Of a DNA stretch of 64,000 bases, positions 45,472 to 54,141 are shown piece after piece. Made by a program: the position numbers and the translations under genes. Source of the DNA: an uncultured Methylomirabilota bacterium (GTDB taxonomy: Bacteria; Methylomirabilota; Methylomirabilia; Methylomirabilales; 2-02-FULL-66-22); assembly GCA_963845565.1 (NCBI GenBank), contig CAWJSJ010000001.1, positions 320,001 to 384,000 on the forward strand, read 5' to 3'. The number at the start of each line of letters is the position of its first letter. The first letter of the stretch is position 1. The notes under the pieces are model-generated. The model ran no database searches, was not told the origin of the DNA, and saw only the letters and a list, made by a program, of their open reading frames with translations.

Positions 45472-46827
45472 TCACACTGACGATGCGAGCGAGAGGGATG
45501 GGGCGAGGCCCGTCTCCCTTGCGAGTGCCGACACACCCGGTTGCTTGCGAAACGTCGGAGGGTAAACACGCGCGTGAGGTTTGTTGGCCTGATAGGTCCG
45601 GGCCAGCTCCAGGAATATCTCCAACTCGGGCGTCAGGTCCCTTCCGGTGCCGTCAACGTACACGCTCTTTACCGGCAACCCGGCGTGGTCCTGGCTCAGT
45701 CGCGGGTACAGCGCCTCGGAGACGATGCCATTCATGCAAGAGAAGGGGCTCACATCAATGATGCCGTCCACCCCGTGCCGAAAGAAGTGATCGACCTTTC
45801 CCGCCGAGAGAACCATCTCACCCTCCGTGCACGTGAAAGGAAGATACCCAAGGCCGGCTTGGAGGATGACCTCCGTGTTCTCAGGCTCCTCGTATCCCCG
45901 AAGGTCTTCGGCAAACGGCGCGTGGAGGGCGCACTGATCCGACCGCTGAACATGATCCCGTAGCGTGGCCTGCATCATGGAGACCGACCAACGTCGCCCA
46001 TGGTGGCGCAGCCGCTGCCCCTCCGCGCTGTTGGAGTACCAGATCCACTCGGAGATGTCCGACAGCCAGGCCTCCGCGCCGCAGGCCTCCACGTGCCGAA
46101 TCAGATCCCCGTTGCTGAAGTCCTCCATCCGACAGAAGAGTTCGCCCTGGATGCCGATCAAGGGGCGCCCGCGCTCACAGCGGGTCGGAACGGCGCGAAA
46201 ACGGTCGCGGATAGCGGTCAGGGTGTCGAGAAGGCGCCGGAGTTGCGCGCGCGGCGATGGCTCGGCGGTCTCCAGGGCGTCGCAGAGCGTTCGGAGGGCT
46301 GCCGCATAGGCGTGGTCAGCATCGCCCGCCACACATTCATACGGTCTGGTCTTCAAGAGAAGCTTTCGCACGAGATCCGAGCTCACCACGCCACGCCACG
46401 CCGTTCGCATCAGATGGGGTGCGAACGCTCCTACCTGTCGGTAGCCATCGCCGTCGGTCGGGGACATGAGGAGGACGTCCGGGTAGCCGAGACGATGAAG
46501 GACGCTCCGGATCTGGGGACCGTACTGGCCGAAACGGCACGGGCCTTCCGAGCCGGGCATGAAGAGTGCCGCCTTCTCGGGCCGAAAGCCGGGGGCTTCG
46601 ACCGCCTTGAGGAAATCTCCCAGCGTGACCTTTGCCGGCAGACACTCGTCTCCGGTCAGGTGGCGCGCGCCCAGTTCCAGTGTGCGAGCATCCGGAGCCG
46701 GGAGGACGGTCGCGTCCAGTCCGGCCGAGCGAAAGGCGGCGGCGAGGACCTCCGCCCCGCAGTCGCTCATGCGGGGCAGATACAATTGTCGACCCGTCAG
46801 GCTTGGCGTGGACGTGGCGTGAGACAT
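45472..46827 (-). CDS. Stand-alone PlsR-like (2-hydroxyacyl-CoA dehydratase-related) reductase subunit
   Basis: GDECLPAK, GPCRFGQY, PFSCMNG; closely parallels the C-terminal ~420 aa of 39207-43522; RBS GAGGAG. Confidence 0.85.
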   Translation of the reverse strand: MSHATSTPSLTGRQLYLPRMSDCGAEVLAAAFRSAGLDATVLPAPDARTLELGARHLTGDECLPAKVTLGDFLKAVEAPGFRPEKAALFMPGSEGPCRFGQYGPQIRSVLHRLGYPDVLLMSPTDGDGYRQVGAFAPHLMRTAWRGVVSSDLVRKLLLKTRPYECVAGDADHAYAAALRTLCDALETAEPSPRAQLRRLLDTLTAIRDRFRAVPTRCERGRPLIGIQGELFCRMEDFSNGDLIRHVEACGAEAWLSDISEWIWYSNSAEGQRLRHHGRRWSVSMMQATLRDHVQRSDQCALHAPFAEDLRGYEEPENTEVILQAGLGYLPFTCTEGEMVLSAGKVDHFFRHGVDGIIDVSPFSCMNGIVSEALYPRLSQDHAGLPVKSVYVDGTGRDLTPELEIFLELARTYQANKPHARVYPPTFRKQPGVSALARETGLAPSLSLASSV

Positions 46828-46892
46828 TGGCGCGGCTCCTCGGAGGGGAGGCGGGACTACCGATCTGTCTTGTCGGCCCACATGTCGGAGGG

Positions 46893-46907
46893 GCAAGTAC
46901 AGTGCCA
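46893..46907 (-). promoter_or_regulatory. Sigma54 -24/-12 promoter
   Basis: TGGCAC-TGTAC-TTGC on the minus strand, ~65 nt upstream of the ATG at 46827. Confidence 0.85.
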
Positions 46908-47112
46908 AACCGCGGCGAACCGTGGTGCGTGAGGCTCTGTCGCCCCAATCTGTTGGGCGCATAGAAGGTTGGCGTTTTTCGGGGAGATCCGGGGCGGGCG
47001 CCGAGACGGGGAGAGGTGCCTGCCGAGCCGTGCAGCTGAAAGCGGCCACCGCCTACTAGGGGAGGCACCTGGTGTGGGCGCGCGCGGGGTGTGTCAGTTC
47101 GAGCGTGACGGC

Positions 47113-49194
47113 TTACGCGTTTTCCGGTTTGCGCAGCCCGTACGCTTTCATCTTGTTCTGGAGGGTGGCGCGGCTAACGCCGAGGGCCTTGGCCGCATGG
47201 GTCACGTTTCCGCCTGTCTTGGCCAGGGCGTCGAGAATGGTTTGCTTCTCGACCAGTTCGGTGGAGACTCGGGCCAGCCCCCGGAGGTCCTTCGGCCTCC
47301 TGGACGGAGCGTCCGCCTCGCCGCGGAGCTCGCGAGGCACGTCGTCGAGTCCCACGATGTCGCCCTTGGCCACGACCATCGTGCGCTGGACGACGTTCTC
47401 CAGTTCCCGCACGTTGCCGGGCCATTGATGGGCGATGAGGACGGACATGGCGTCCGGACTCGCACCCCGGATGGTTCTCCGCAGCTTCGGGTTGGCGGTC
47501 TCGATGAAGTGATTCACCAGCAACGGGATATCCTCGGCCCGTTCGCGCAAGGGCGGGACGCGGATCGGAAAGACGTTCACACGATAGAACAGGTCCTGCC
47601 TGAACCGGCCGGTCTTTACCAACTCCTCCACGTTCTGGTTCGTGGCCGAGAGGATACGGACGTTGACGCGAATCGTGTCGGTGCCCCCCACCCGCTGGAA
47701 CTCCCCATCCTGGAGCACGCGCAGGAGCTTGACCTGCGTGCTCGGCGAGATCTCGCCGATTTCGTCAAGGAACAGGGTCCCTCCGTCCGCCGTCTCGAAG
47801 ATACCTTTTCGCCTGGTATCCGCGCCGGTGAAGGCCCCTTTCTCGTGTCCGAACAGCTCGCTTTGCAGCAACGTCTCGGCCAGGGCCCCGCAGTTGACCG
47901 CCAGAAAGCGGCGGGATCGGCGCGGACTATTATAGTGGATGGCCCGCGCGATCAATTCCTTCCCCGTCCCGGTCTCGCCGTGGATCAGCACCGTCACATC
48001 CGTCTCGGCCAGGGAGCGGATCAGCGCGAAGAGTTCCTGCATGGGCTTGCTTTGGCCGACGATTCCCGAGAAGCTGAACTTGCGTTCGATCTCGCGCCGC
48101 AGGTCGATATTCTCCTGGACCAGCCGGCTGCGCTCGAGGTTGAACTCCACCAAACGAGTCTGGATGCGACGCGCCTGTCTGAGATGCTCGAACAGCAGCT
48201 CCGAGAACTGCCGCCGCAACTGCTCGGTCGACAGGGCGGCCTCGGGATGCGGCGTCTCGGTCCAGACGAACCGGAAGCGGGAGTAGGAGGCATCGTAAAT
48301 CTGATTCTCCTCGAAGGCGACGCTCTGCCCGCCGCGGCCGATGGTCCCGGGTCGGACGATACGATATGCGAGGGGGGCATGGGTCCGCTCCCCGGGATCC
48401 GCCGCGTCTCGATTCGTGAGCACGCGAATGGTGCCGCTCCGCGTCGCCTTCACCACGACGTCGGGGGTGTCCATGAGAATATCAGGCGGAAGGGGCACGG
48501 TCTCGGACGCCAGCGCAACATGGCGCGCCTCGACGACTGGCTGCCCTGTGCCCGCGGGATGGATCGCCAGGTGGTCGCCGCGGACGGTCACTCGGTACTC
48601 CGGGAACTCGCGGACGATATCCTCGATGCGGAGCTGCGAGACCTCCTCGATGCAGCGCAGGTCCTCGATGAAGGAATAGAGGCGCGGGAAACCCTCCGCC
48701 AGTCCGCGCACCAGGTGGATGGATCCCACGGCGGGCCGGACGTTTCCCGTGAACTGAGCCAGCATGTGCAGCGCCGATCTGGGGGCCGGCGTCTCGAACG
48801 ACTGGAGCCGAAGGTAGTTTGTGTGCACGGTGGCCCACAGGTGGGAAAACAATACGACCGATCGGACGTCGTTCAGGACGCGAAAGATGATCTCGTAGAC
48901 CGTCAGCAGTTCGTGTCGGCCGTGTTCGAAGTAGGCGCGGGCTGCCAGGTAGGGAACATCCTTGCGCCCGGTGATGTGCTCGCATTGGACGATCAATTCG
49001 CGGAGCACGGTCAGCGGAACCCAGTTGTTGCCATACCGCAGAAAGGTCTGGGGATCGGGGGGTGCGACGAAACCGTCGGTGCTACGAAACAAGGCGGCGT
49101 AGTCGATGGCTGCCTTGGCGGGATACTGTTCCTCGAGGTAGGTGAGAAGGAGGTCCGTCAGGAAACAGGTTACCCACGGCTGAGAGGTTTCCAC
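47113..49194 (-). CDS. Sigma54-dependent enhancer-binding protein with a ~350-aa unrecognised N-terminal domain
   Basis: GETGTGKE, GAFTGA, LFLDEIGE, WPGNVREL, Fis-type HTH. Confidence 0.93.
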   Translation of the reverse strand: METSQPWVTCFLTDLLLTYLEEQYPAKAAIDYAALFRSTDGFVAPPDPQTFLRYGNNWVPLTVLRELIVQCEHITGRKDVPYLAARAYFEHGRHELLTVYEIIFRVLNDVRSVVLFSHLWATVHTNYLRLQSFETPAPRSALHMLAQFTGNVRPAVGSIHLVRGLAEGFPRLYSFIEDLRCIEEVSQLRIEDIVREFPEYRVTVRGDHLAIHPAGTGQPVVEARHVALASETVPLPPDILMDTPDVVVKATRSGTIRVLTNRDAADPGERTHAPLAYRIVRPGTIGRGGQSVAFEENQIYDASYSRFRFVWTETPHPEAALSTEQLRRQFSELLFEHLRQARRIQTRLVEFNLERSRLVQENIDLRREIERKFSFSGIVGQSKPMQELFALIRSLAETDVTVLIHGETGTGKELIARAIHYNSPRRSRRFLAVNCGALAETLLQSELFGHEKGAFTGADTRRKGIFETADGGTLFLDEIGEISPSTQVKLLRVLQDGEFQRVGGTDTIRVNVRILSATNQNVEELVKTGRFRQDLFYRVNVFPIRVPPLRERAEDIPLLVNHFIETANPKLRRTIRGASPDAMSVLIAHQWPGNVRELENVVQRTMVVAKGDIVGLDDVPRELRGEADAPSRRPKDLRGLARVSTELVEKQTILDALAKTGGNVTHAAKALGVSRATLQNKMKAYGLRKPENA

Positions 49195-49373
49195 GAGGCA
49201 GCGCTCCTTCTCTGCGAGGAGGGCCTACGGGCCGCACGCTAGCGCGGTTCATAGGCCGGTGTCAAGGCCCGAACGGGACCCTCGGTGGTGGTGCGCGATT
49301 GACCGGGAACCTTTGACCGGTTAAGGTACGTGAATCGTTCCGGGTCGTGGGATCGATGGGCGTGGAGGGAGCT

Positions 49374-49859
49374 ATGCGAAGAGGCGGGCGAGGTGTTCGA
49401 GAGGTCGATCCACGGCGGCGGCTCTGGATTCAGAGCGTCATCGGTTTGGCCCTCGTGGCCGGGGTGGCGGCCATCTGGGCGGCGGTCCCGAGGGATGGTG
49501 CGGCCGGTGAGCCGGCGACGCATCGCGGCGGGCCGCGATTGGCTATAGATCAGGAGTTGATCGACTTCGGCGCCGTGCGCTACAACCAGTTCGTCGAGGC
49601 GCGCTTCCGTTTGAAGAACGTGGGGGATCAACCGCTCCGGTTGCCCGCGTCGCCGCCCATCGAGGTCGTTGAGGGCTGTTGACCGCCCAAGTCGGTCGTC
49701 GGTTCGACGACCCTGATGCCCGGCCAGGAAACCGAACTGTCGGCTCGTTTCACCATGCCGCCTGGGATGGGCGGGCCCCATCTTTTCGTGATCCGATTGC
49801 AAACCAACGACATCGTCCAGCCGGAACGAACGCTCCGAATCCGTTCCCTGTGGCAGTAG
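49374..49859 (+). CDS. DUF1573-like Ig-fold membrane-anchored selenoprotein (Cys-Sec, U103)
   Basis: IDFG..F.LKNVG..PL..EGC-TGA(49680)-PPKSVVGSTTLMPGQET..MGGPHLF..TND..; SECIS-like hairpin follows. Confidence 0.82.
49694..49712 (+). promoter_or_regulatory. Putative bacterial SECIS hairpin
   Basis: GGTCGTCG-GTT-CGACGACC, starting 11 nt after the in-frame UGA. Confidence 0.75.
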
Positions 49860-49879
49860 GGCGCGTGCGGGGGAAGCCT

Positions 49880-50557
49880 GTGAGGTCATTTTCCTGGTGG
49901 GGTGCGGGATTGGTGACGTTCTGCGTCGGCGTGCTCGCCATTGGGGTGGCGGGCGCCTGGGCAGGGGAACGGAAGGAGGAGTGGACGCGAGACGATATTA
50001 TTGCCGCGCTCGAGCGCGGGCCCGGGCCCAGCATGGGGCCGGCGACGGCCCCGGTCGCGATGGTGTACTTCACGGATTTCCAATGCGGGTACTGCCGGAA
50101 GTTCGTGAAGGAGACGCTTCCCAAGCTCGAAGAGCAGTACATTCGGCCGGGAAAAGTCCGCCTCGCATACCGCCATCTCGCGATCCTTGGGGAGGCCTCC
50201 GTGCAAGCAGCGCGGGCCTCCTCCTGCGCGTTTGATCAGGGGAAGTTTTGGGAATACCACGATATCCTCTTTGCGAACCTGTCACCGCTTGCCTTCACCG
50301 CGGCCCGACTCAAGCGGTACGCTGCCGACCTCCGGTTGGACGAGAAGACGTTTGCTGCGTGTCTCGACAACCCGGCGTACGGCAAGCGGGTGGAAGCCGA
50401 AACGATGATCGGTCGGGCGCTAGGGGCGACGGGGACCCCGGCGTTTCTGCTCAACGGACAGCTCCTGCTCGGCGCGTATCCCTTTGAGGTCTTCCGGCAA
50501 GCCCTCGACAGCATGCTCGCCTCTCCGCCCCGCAAGACGCCCGGTCAGCCTCGCTAA
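49880..50557 (+). CDS. DsbA/thioredoxin-4 family oxidoreductase
   Basis: FTDFQCGYC, GTPAF; signal peptide. Confidence 0.9.
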   Translation: MRSFSWWGAGLVTFCVGVLAIGVAGAWAGERKEEWTRDDIIAALERGPGPSMGPATAPVAMVYFTDFQCGYCRKFVKETLPKLEEQYIRPGKVRLAYRHLAILGEASVQAARASSCAFDQGKFWEYHDILFANLSPLAFTAARLKRYAADLRLDEKTFAACLDNPAYGKRVEAETMIGRALGATGTPAFLLNGQLLLGAYPFEVFRQALDSMLASPPRKTPGQPR

Positions 50558-50715
50558 CAGAGCGCCGGTCGCCGGCGCGCAGGTTCGAGATCCCGGTCCA
50601 CCGCGCGCTTGCCCTTGTACCGCGCGGCAATCAGCGCTATAAGAATGGCACAGAGGTGTCTTGGCGGCTGCGTGTGGTCAGGTCCAGGCGGAATCGAGAG
50701 GGGCGGTAGAGCGCA

Positions 50716-51222
50716 ATGCACAATCCCCATCCAGAATCGGAACACCTGCGACGCATCTTCGAGGATACCCAGGTGCTGCGAAAACCGGTCACGGGCATCG
50801 TGACCGGATATCATGTCCTGCCATACGTCCTGGTGGCGCCGGATGAGGAGCAGGGCCAGCGGTCGGTGGAGATCCGGGGAAAGATTCGGGTCTCACCCCG
50901 TATGATCTTGACGCCGCGGCATCTGGGCCAGACGTACGAGCAACTCTTCGACGATCCGCAGCTCATGGATCGAACCCTCTTCGGGCGAGTCTTCAGCTTC
51001 CTGTACGCCGGTCGGCAAAACGTGCAGTTGGAGAGCGAAGAACTCCGGATCACGCGGGTCGACCGCGACCCGCGAGCGCAGATCGAACGAGCGCTGGATG
51101 AACTCATGCGGGGGGAGATCCTGGATACGGGCGTGATCCTGGGGCCGAACGTCAAGTTCTACCCCGTATCGATCGAGCGGTTCATCTCCGAGATCCTCGA
51201 TCGCGAGTTTCCACACGCCTGA
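50716..51222 (+). CDS. Hypothetical protein
   Basis: Coherent 168-aa globular ORF (GYHVLPYVLV..FYPVSIERFI). Confidence 0.7.
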   Translation: MHNPHPESEHLRRIFEDTQVLRKPVTGIVTGYHVLPYVLVAPDEEQGQRSVEIRGKIRVSPRMILTPRHLGQTYEQLFDDPQLMDRTLFGRVFSFLYAGRQNVQLESEELRITRVDRDPRAQIERALDELMRGEILDTGVILGPNVKFYPVSIERFISEILDREFPHA

Positions 51223-51366
51223 CGCCGACCTCGCCCGTGCGCTGGCTCGAGACGCGCAAGCTCCCGAAGGGGCGGCGGCGAAACCGGCGCCTGGATCGAG
51301 AGTTGCCAGGGAGGTCTTCGCGGAGCTGGGGCAGGAGGTGGCCGAAGCGGGGCCGGAAACAGAACT

Positions 51367-51543
51367 GCCGCAGGCGATCAGATTCGAGCCATGCAGCGTC
51401 TCCCCTTTGGTCGCCGACGCCGGTCCTCGCGACCCCACCTTCGGAGCCGGTTCCCACGTCTGAGTCTTGAATCCTCTGGGCGACCCGCCGGGAAGCCTCG
51501 CACTTCGTGGCGAGAGAGCTGCTCTGCTCTGATCCCTGCGGCT
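51367..51543 (-). ncRNA. ~176-nt structured ncRNA, family unassigned (6S-like closing stem)
   Basis: 5' GCCGCAGG.GATCAGA pairs with 3' TCTGATC.CCTGCGGC; inner helices; own promoter. Confidence 0.65.
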
Positions 51544-51549
51544 ACTCAT

Positions 51550-51578
51550 AAGGTAGGACGCGCCCGCCATTCCGTCAA
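51550..51578 (-). promoter_or_regulatory. Sigma70 promoter for the ncRNA
   Basis: TTGACG-N17-TACCTT; predicted +1 at ~51543, adjacent to the first paired base. Confidence 0.65.
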
Positions 51579-51606
51579 GGGGTCGGCGAAAGAAAAGTCG
51601 TTTTCC

Positions 51607-52644
51607 ATGAGTGATAAATGGGTAGACCGCAAAGCGGCCGCCTGGCACGCCCTATGGGATCGATGCCCCGGTTTGGGGTGGCTCCGCACCTGGGGGGTGT
51701 CCGGTATCTCCATCTGCTCGGGGCTGGTCACCCTTCTCATTTTTCGCCGCGGAATAGAGTATTTTCCGTTGGTTATCGGCTATCTCCTCTTACTGTGGCT
51801 GGCGGGCGTGCTGTTGGCGGAGCACCGCCAGCGCCTGTCCGAACGGGCGCCGCGGGCGGTAACGACGGCCATCGACTATACGGTCCAGACCCTGCTGCAT
51901 GGCCTGCTGCTCTTTCTGTTGCCCATTTACTACGCCAGCACGACACTGACTTCCGGGAACGTCTGGTTTTTGCTCGTCCTGGTCGGTTCCAGCATCCTGA
52001 CAACCATCGACCCGTGGTATCGGACTGTGACCGAACAGGCTCGGTGGGTCGAGTCCGCGCTCTTTGGGCTCGGGTTGTTTTCCGCGCTGAATGTGGCTTT
52101 TCCTCTCGTCGGGGTGGCGAGCGGCACGGCGCTCCTCCTGAGCGGCTCCGCGAGCGTGCTGGCTCTCAGCCCCATCTTCCGCCGGGGCCTGGGTGCGGGG
52201 TGGGCGGCGGCGGCGCTGCGGGCCGGGTGCGGGGCGGTGGCCATCGCCATCGGTCTGTGGCTGGTGCGCGAGTGGATGCCGCCGGTTCCACTGCACCTGA
52301 CCCACTACACTTTTGCCAGGGCCGTGGACCAATTGGAGCCAGTGGAGCCCGCCGTCCGGATCGCTCGGGAGACACTGCAGGCCTGGGGGAAATTGTTCGC
52401 CTATACCGCGGTCGCGGCTCCTGCCGGACTTCGTGAGCCGGTGCACCACGCCTGGCAGAAGAACGGGCGGACCGTGGCGGTCATGCCTTCCACCACGGTG
52501 CAGGGTGGGCGACGGGGCGGGTTTCGGGTCTATTCCTGGAAGGCTGACCTCGGGGCCGACCCGGCGGGCGTGTGGCAGGTCGAGGTGCGCACGGCAGGTG
52601 GCCAACTCATCGGCCGGGCTCAGTTGCTGGTCACCGATCCATAG
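51607..52644 (+). CDS. Membrane protein with C-terminal DUF2914-like domain
   Basis: Multiple TMs; YTAVAAPAGL..H.W..GGRRGGFRVYSWK..G.WQVEVRT. Confidence 0.8.
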   Translation: MSDKWVDRKAAAWHALWDRCPGLGWLRTWGVSGISICSGLVTLLIFRRGIEYFPLVIGYLLLLWLAGVLLAEHRQRLSERAPRAVTTAIDYTVQTLLHGLLLFLLPIYYASTTLTSGNVWFLLVLVGSSILTTIDPWYRTVTEQARWVESALFGLGLFSALNVAFPLVGVASGTALLLSGSASVLALSPIFRRGLGAGWAAAALRAGCGAVAIAIGLWLVREWMPPVPLHLTHYTFARAVDQLEPVEPAVRIARETLQAWGKLFAYTAVAAPAGLREPVHHAWQKNGRTVAVMPSTTVQGGRRGGFRVYSWKADLGADPAGVWQVEVRTAGGQLIGRAQLLVTDP

Positions 52645-54029
52645 TCGCCACCGGCGAAAGCGGACGGCGGGGGCGGGGCGGATCTGGTCTGCCTACGCGC
52701 CGCTCGGATCCACAGCGCGACCTGCGACGCGCTGGGGGGTCGCTCGGCGACGGCTGCCCGCCAGCGTGGAAGTAACAGCGGAGGGACGCACTGCGCCAGC
52801 TCTTCCACGGTGGCGATGTCCAGACGCCTGAGCGCATTGTAGTTCACGGCGCCGAGTCCCTGGAGATCCACCAGCGCGGCCGCGGCGCGCAGCGTCTGTA
52901 GCTCGCCCTCCGGGACCTGACTTTGGCGGGAGAGCCGCGTGATGCGCTCCGCCGTGTCGGTATGCCGGAGCAGCGCCGGCGGCGTCTTCACGCCGGATTG
53001 CCCCAGTCGCTCCACGACATCCCCGGGCACCCCCTCCATCGCCGCCAGCGTCGGCGCGACGCTCTTGACCGTCCATCGGTCGATGCCCGCATAGGTGAAG
53101 CCGTTGAACGCCAGCGCCAGCGCGATGGCGGGGACGGCGATGCCGAGCGGTGTGCCGCGACCGGCCGAGTCCGAGGTTTCCCAGTTTCGTCCCCGGCGGA
53201 TGACGTTCAGTAGATTGACGAGCACATAGGACGTGACCGCAAACGCCGGGAAACCGAGAAACCCGAGCGGGGGCATCTCGAACCACTTCAGGTCTTCGAG
53301 GTGGGGGACAGTGTAGAGCCACTTCGTGTAGGCCCAGAAGTTCCAGAACTCCCACAGTCCTCCGCAGACAAAACCCGCCAGCAACAACCGCAGCAAGGGC
53401 CGAGGGTCTCCACGCTCAAGCTGCCGGGCGAGCGAGACGGTCCGGGGGCTCGCCCAGTAACACAGCGGCTCCCCCAGGAAGATCGCGAAACCCCAAATCA
53501 GCGGGAAGGCGACCCTGGGCCAGACGAGTGGAGCGATGAGCATCCCGAGGCCGAGTATTACCGATCCGGCCAGGCCGACAGAGGCGATCCGCCGGGGGCG
53601 CATCTTGATCCCGTTGGCGACTCCGTACGCGTCCAGAAGTAGATAGGTTTCGAAAAGCGCCGGAAGGACGGTTGCGTATGAGATAAAGTTAAATAACAAG
53701 GCGAGGGGCTGGTCGGCAGGTGTATTGACGTAGAACCAGTTCTGGAGTCGAAAGTTCAGCAACTCGAACAGGTTCCATAGGGGGACGGACCAGAAGGCCA
53801 GAAACCAGAACTCCCACGGGCGGCTCCGCAAGAGCGATGCCCCGCACCGTCTCCACGCGCAGGCGTCGATGAGGAGGATGTACGACCACCAAGCGATGCC
53901 GTAAAAGAACATCGGGATCGGGGCGACGTCGAGGAAAAGGCCCGCCTTCCCGGCGAGGAGACTCGCCATCCCGACCCACCCATACCATGGGAGAGTGCGC
54001 TCGTCCGATCCGCGGGAACCGCCCGGCAC
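52620..54029 (-). CDS. Polytopic membrane protein with C-terminal DUF4332/HhH-like domain
   Basis: WNLFELLNFRLQNW, GLWEFWN, FEMPPLGFLGF; GTG start after AGGAGG. Confidence 0.75.
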   Translation of the reverse strand: MPGGSRGSDERTLPWYGWVGMASLLAGKAGLFLDVAPIPMFFYGIAWWSYILLIDACAWRRCGASLLRSRPWEFWFLAFWSVPLWNLFELLNFRLQNWFYVNTPADQPLALLFNFISYATVLPALFETYLLLDAYGVANGIKMRPRRIASVGLAGSVILGLGMLIAPLVWPRVAFPLIWGFAIFLGEPLCYWASPRTVSLARQLERGDPRPLLRLLLAGFVCGGLWEFWNFWAYTKWLYTVPHLEDLKWFEMPPLGFLGFPAFAVTSYVLVNLLNVIRRGRNWETSDSAGRGTPLGIAVPAIALALAFNGFTYAGIDRWTVKSVAPTLAAMEGVPGDVVERLGQSGVKTPPALLRHTDTAERITRLSRQSQVPEGELQTLRAAAALVDLQGLGAVNYNALRRLDIATVEELAQCVPPLLLPRWRAAVAERPPSASQVALWIRAARRQTRSAPPPPSAFAGGDYGSVTSN

Positions 54030-54141
54030 GTTTTCCGCCCTCCTTTCGTGCCATTCTACCTCCGGTGCACGCGATGGCAAGTCTTTCCCCGTTGTGCCGC
54101 CGCTTGCCTTTACCGGATAGCTCGGGTATTCTTTGGCGGTC

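Noticed and set aside
51367..51543. Assignment as tRNA-Sec, SRP, RNase P, raiA motif or cobalamin/SAM riboswitch
   Set aside because: Hallmark sequences are absent; only short chance-level similarities
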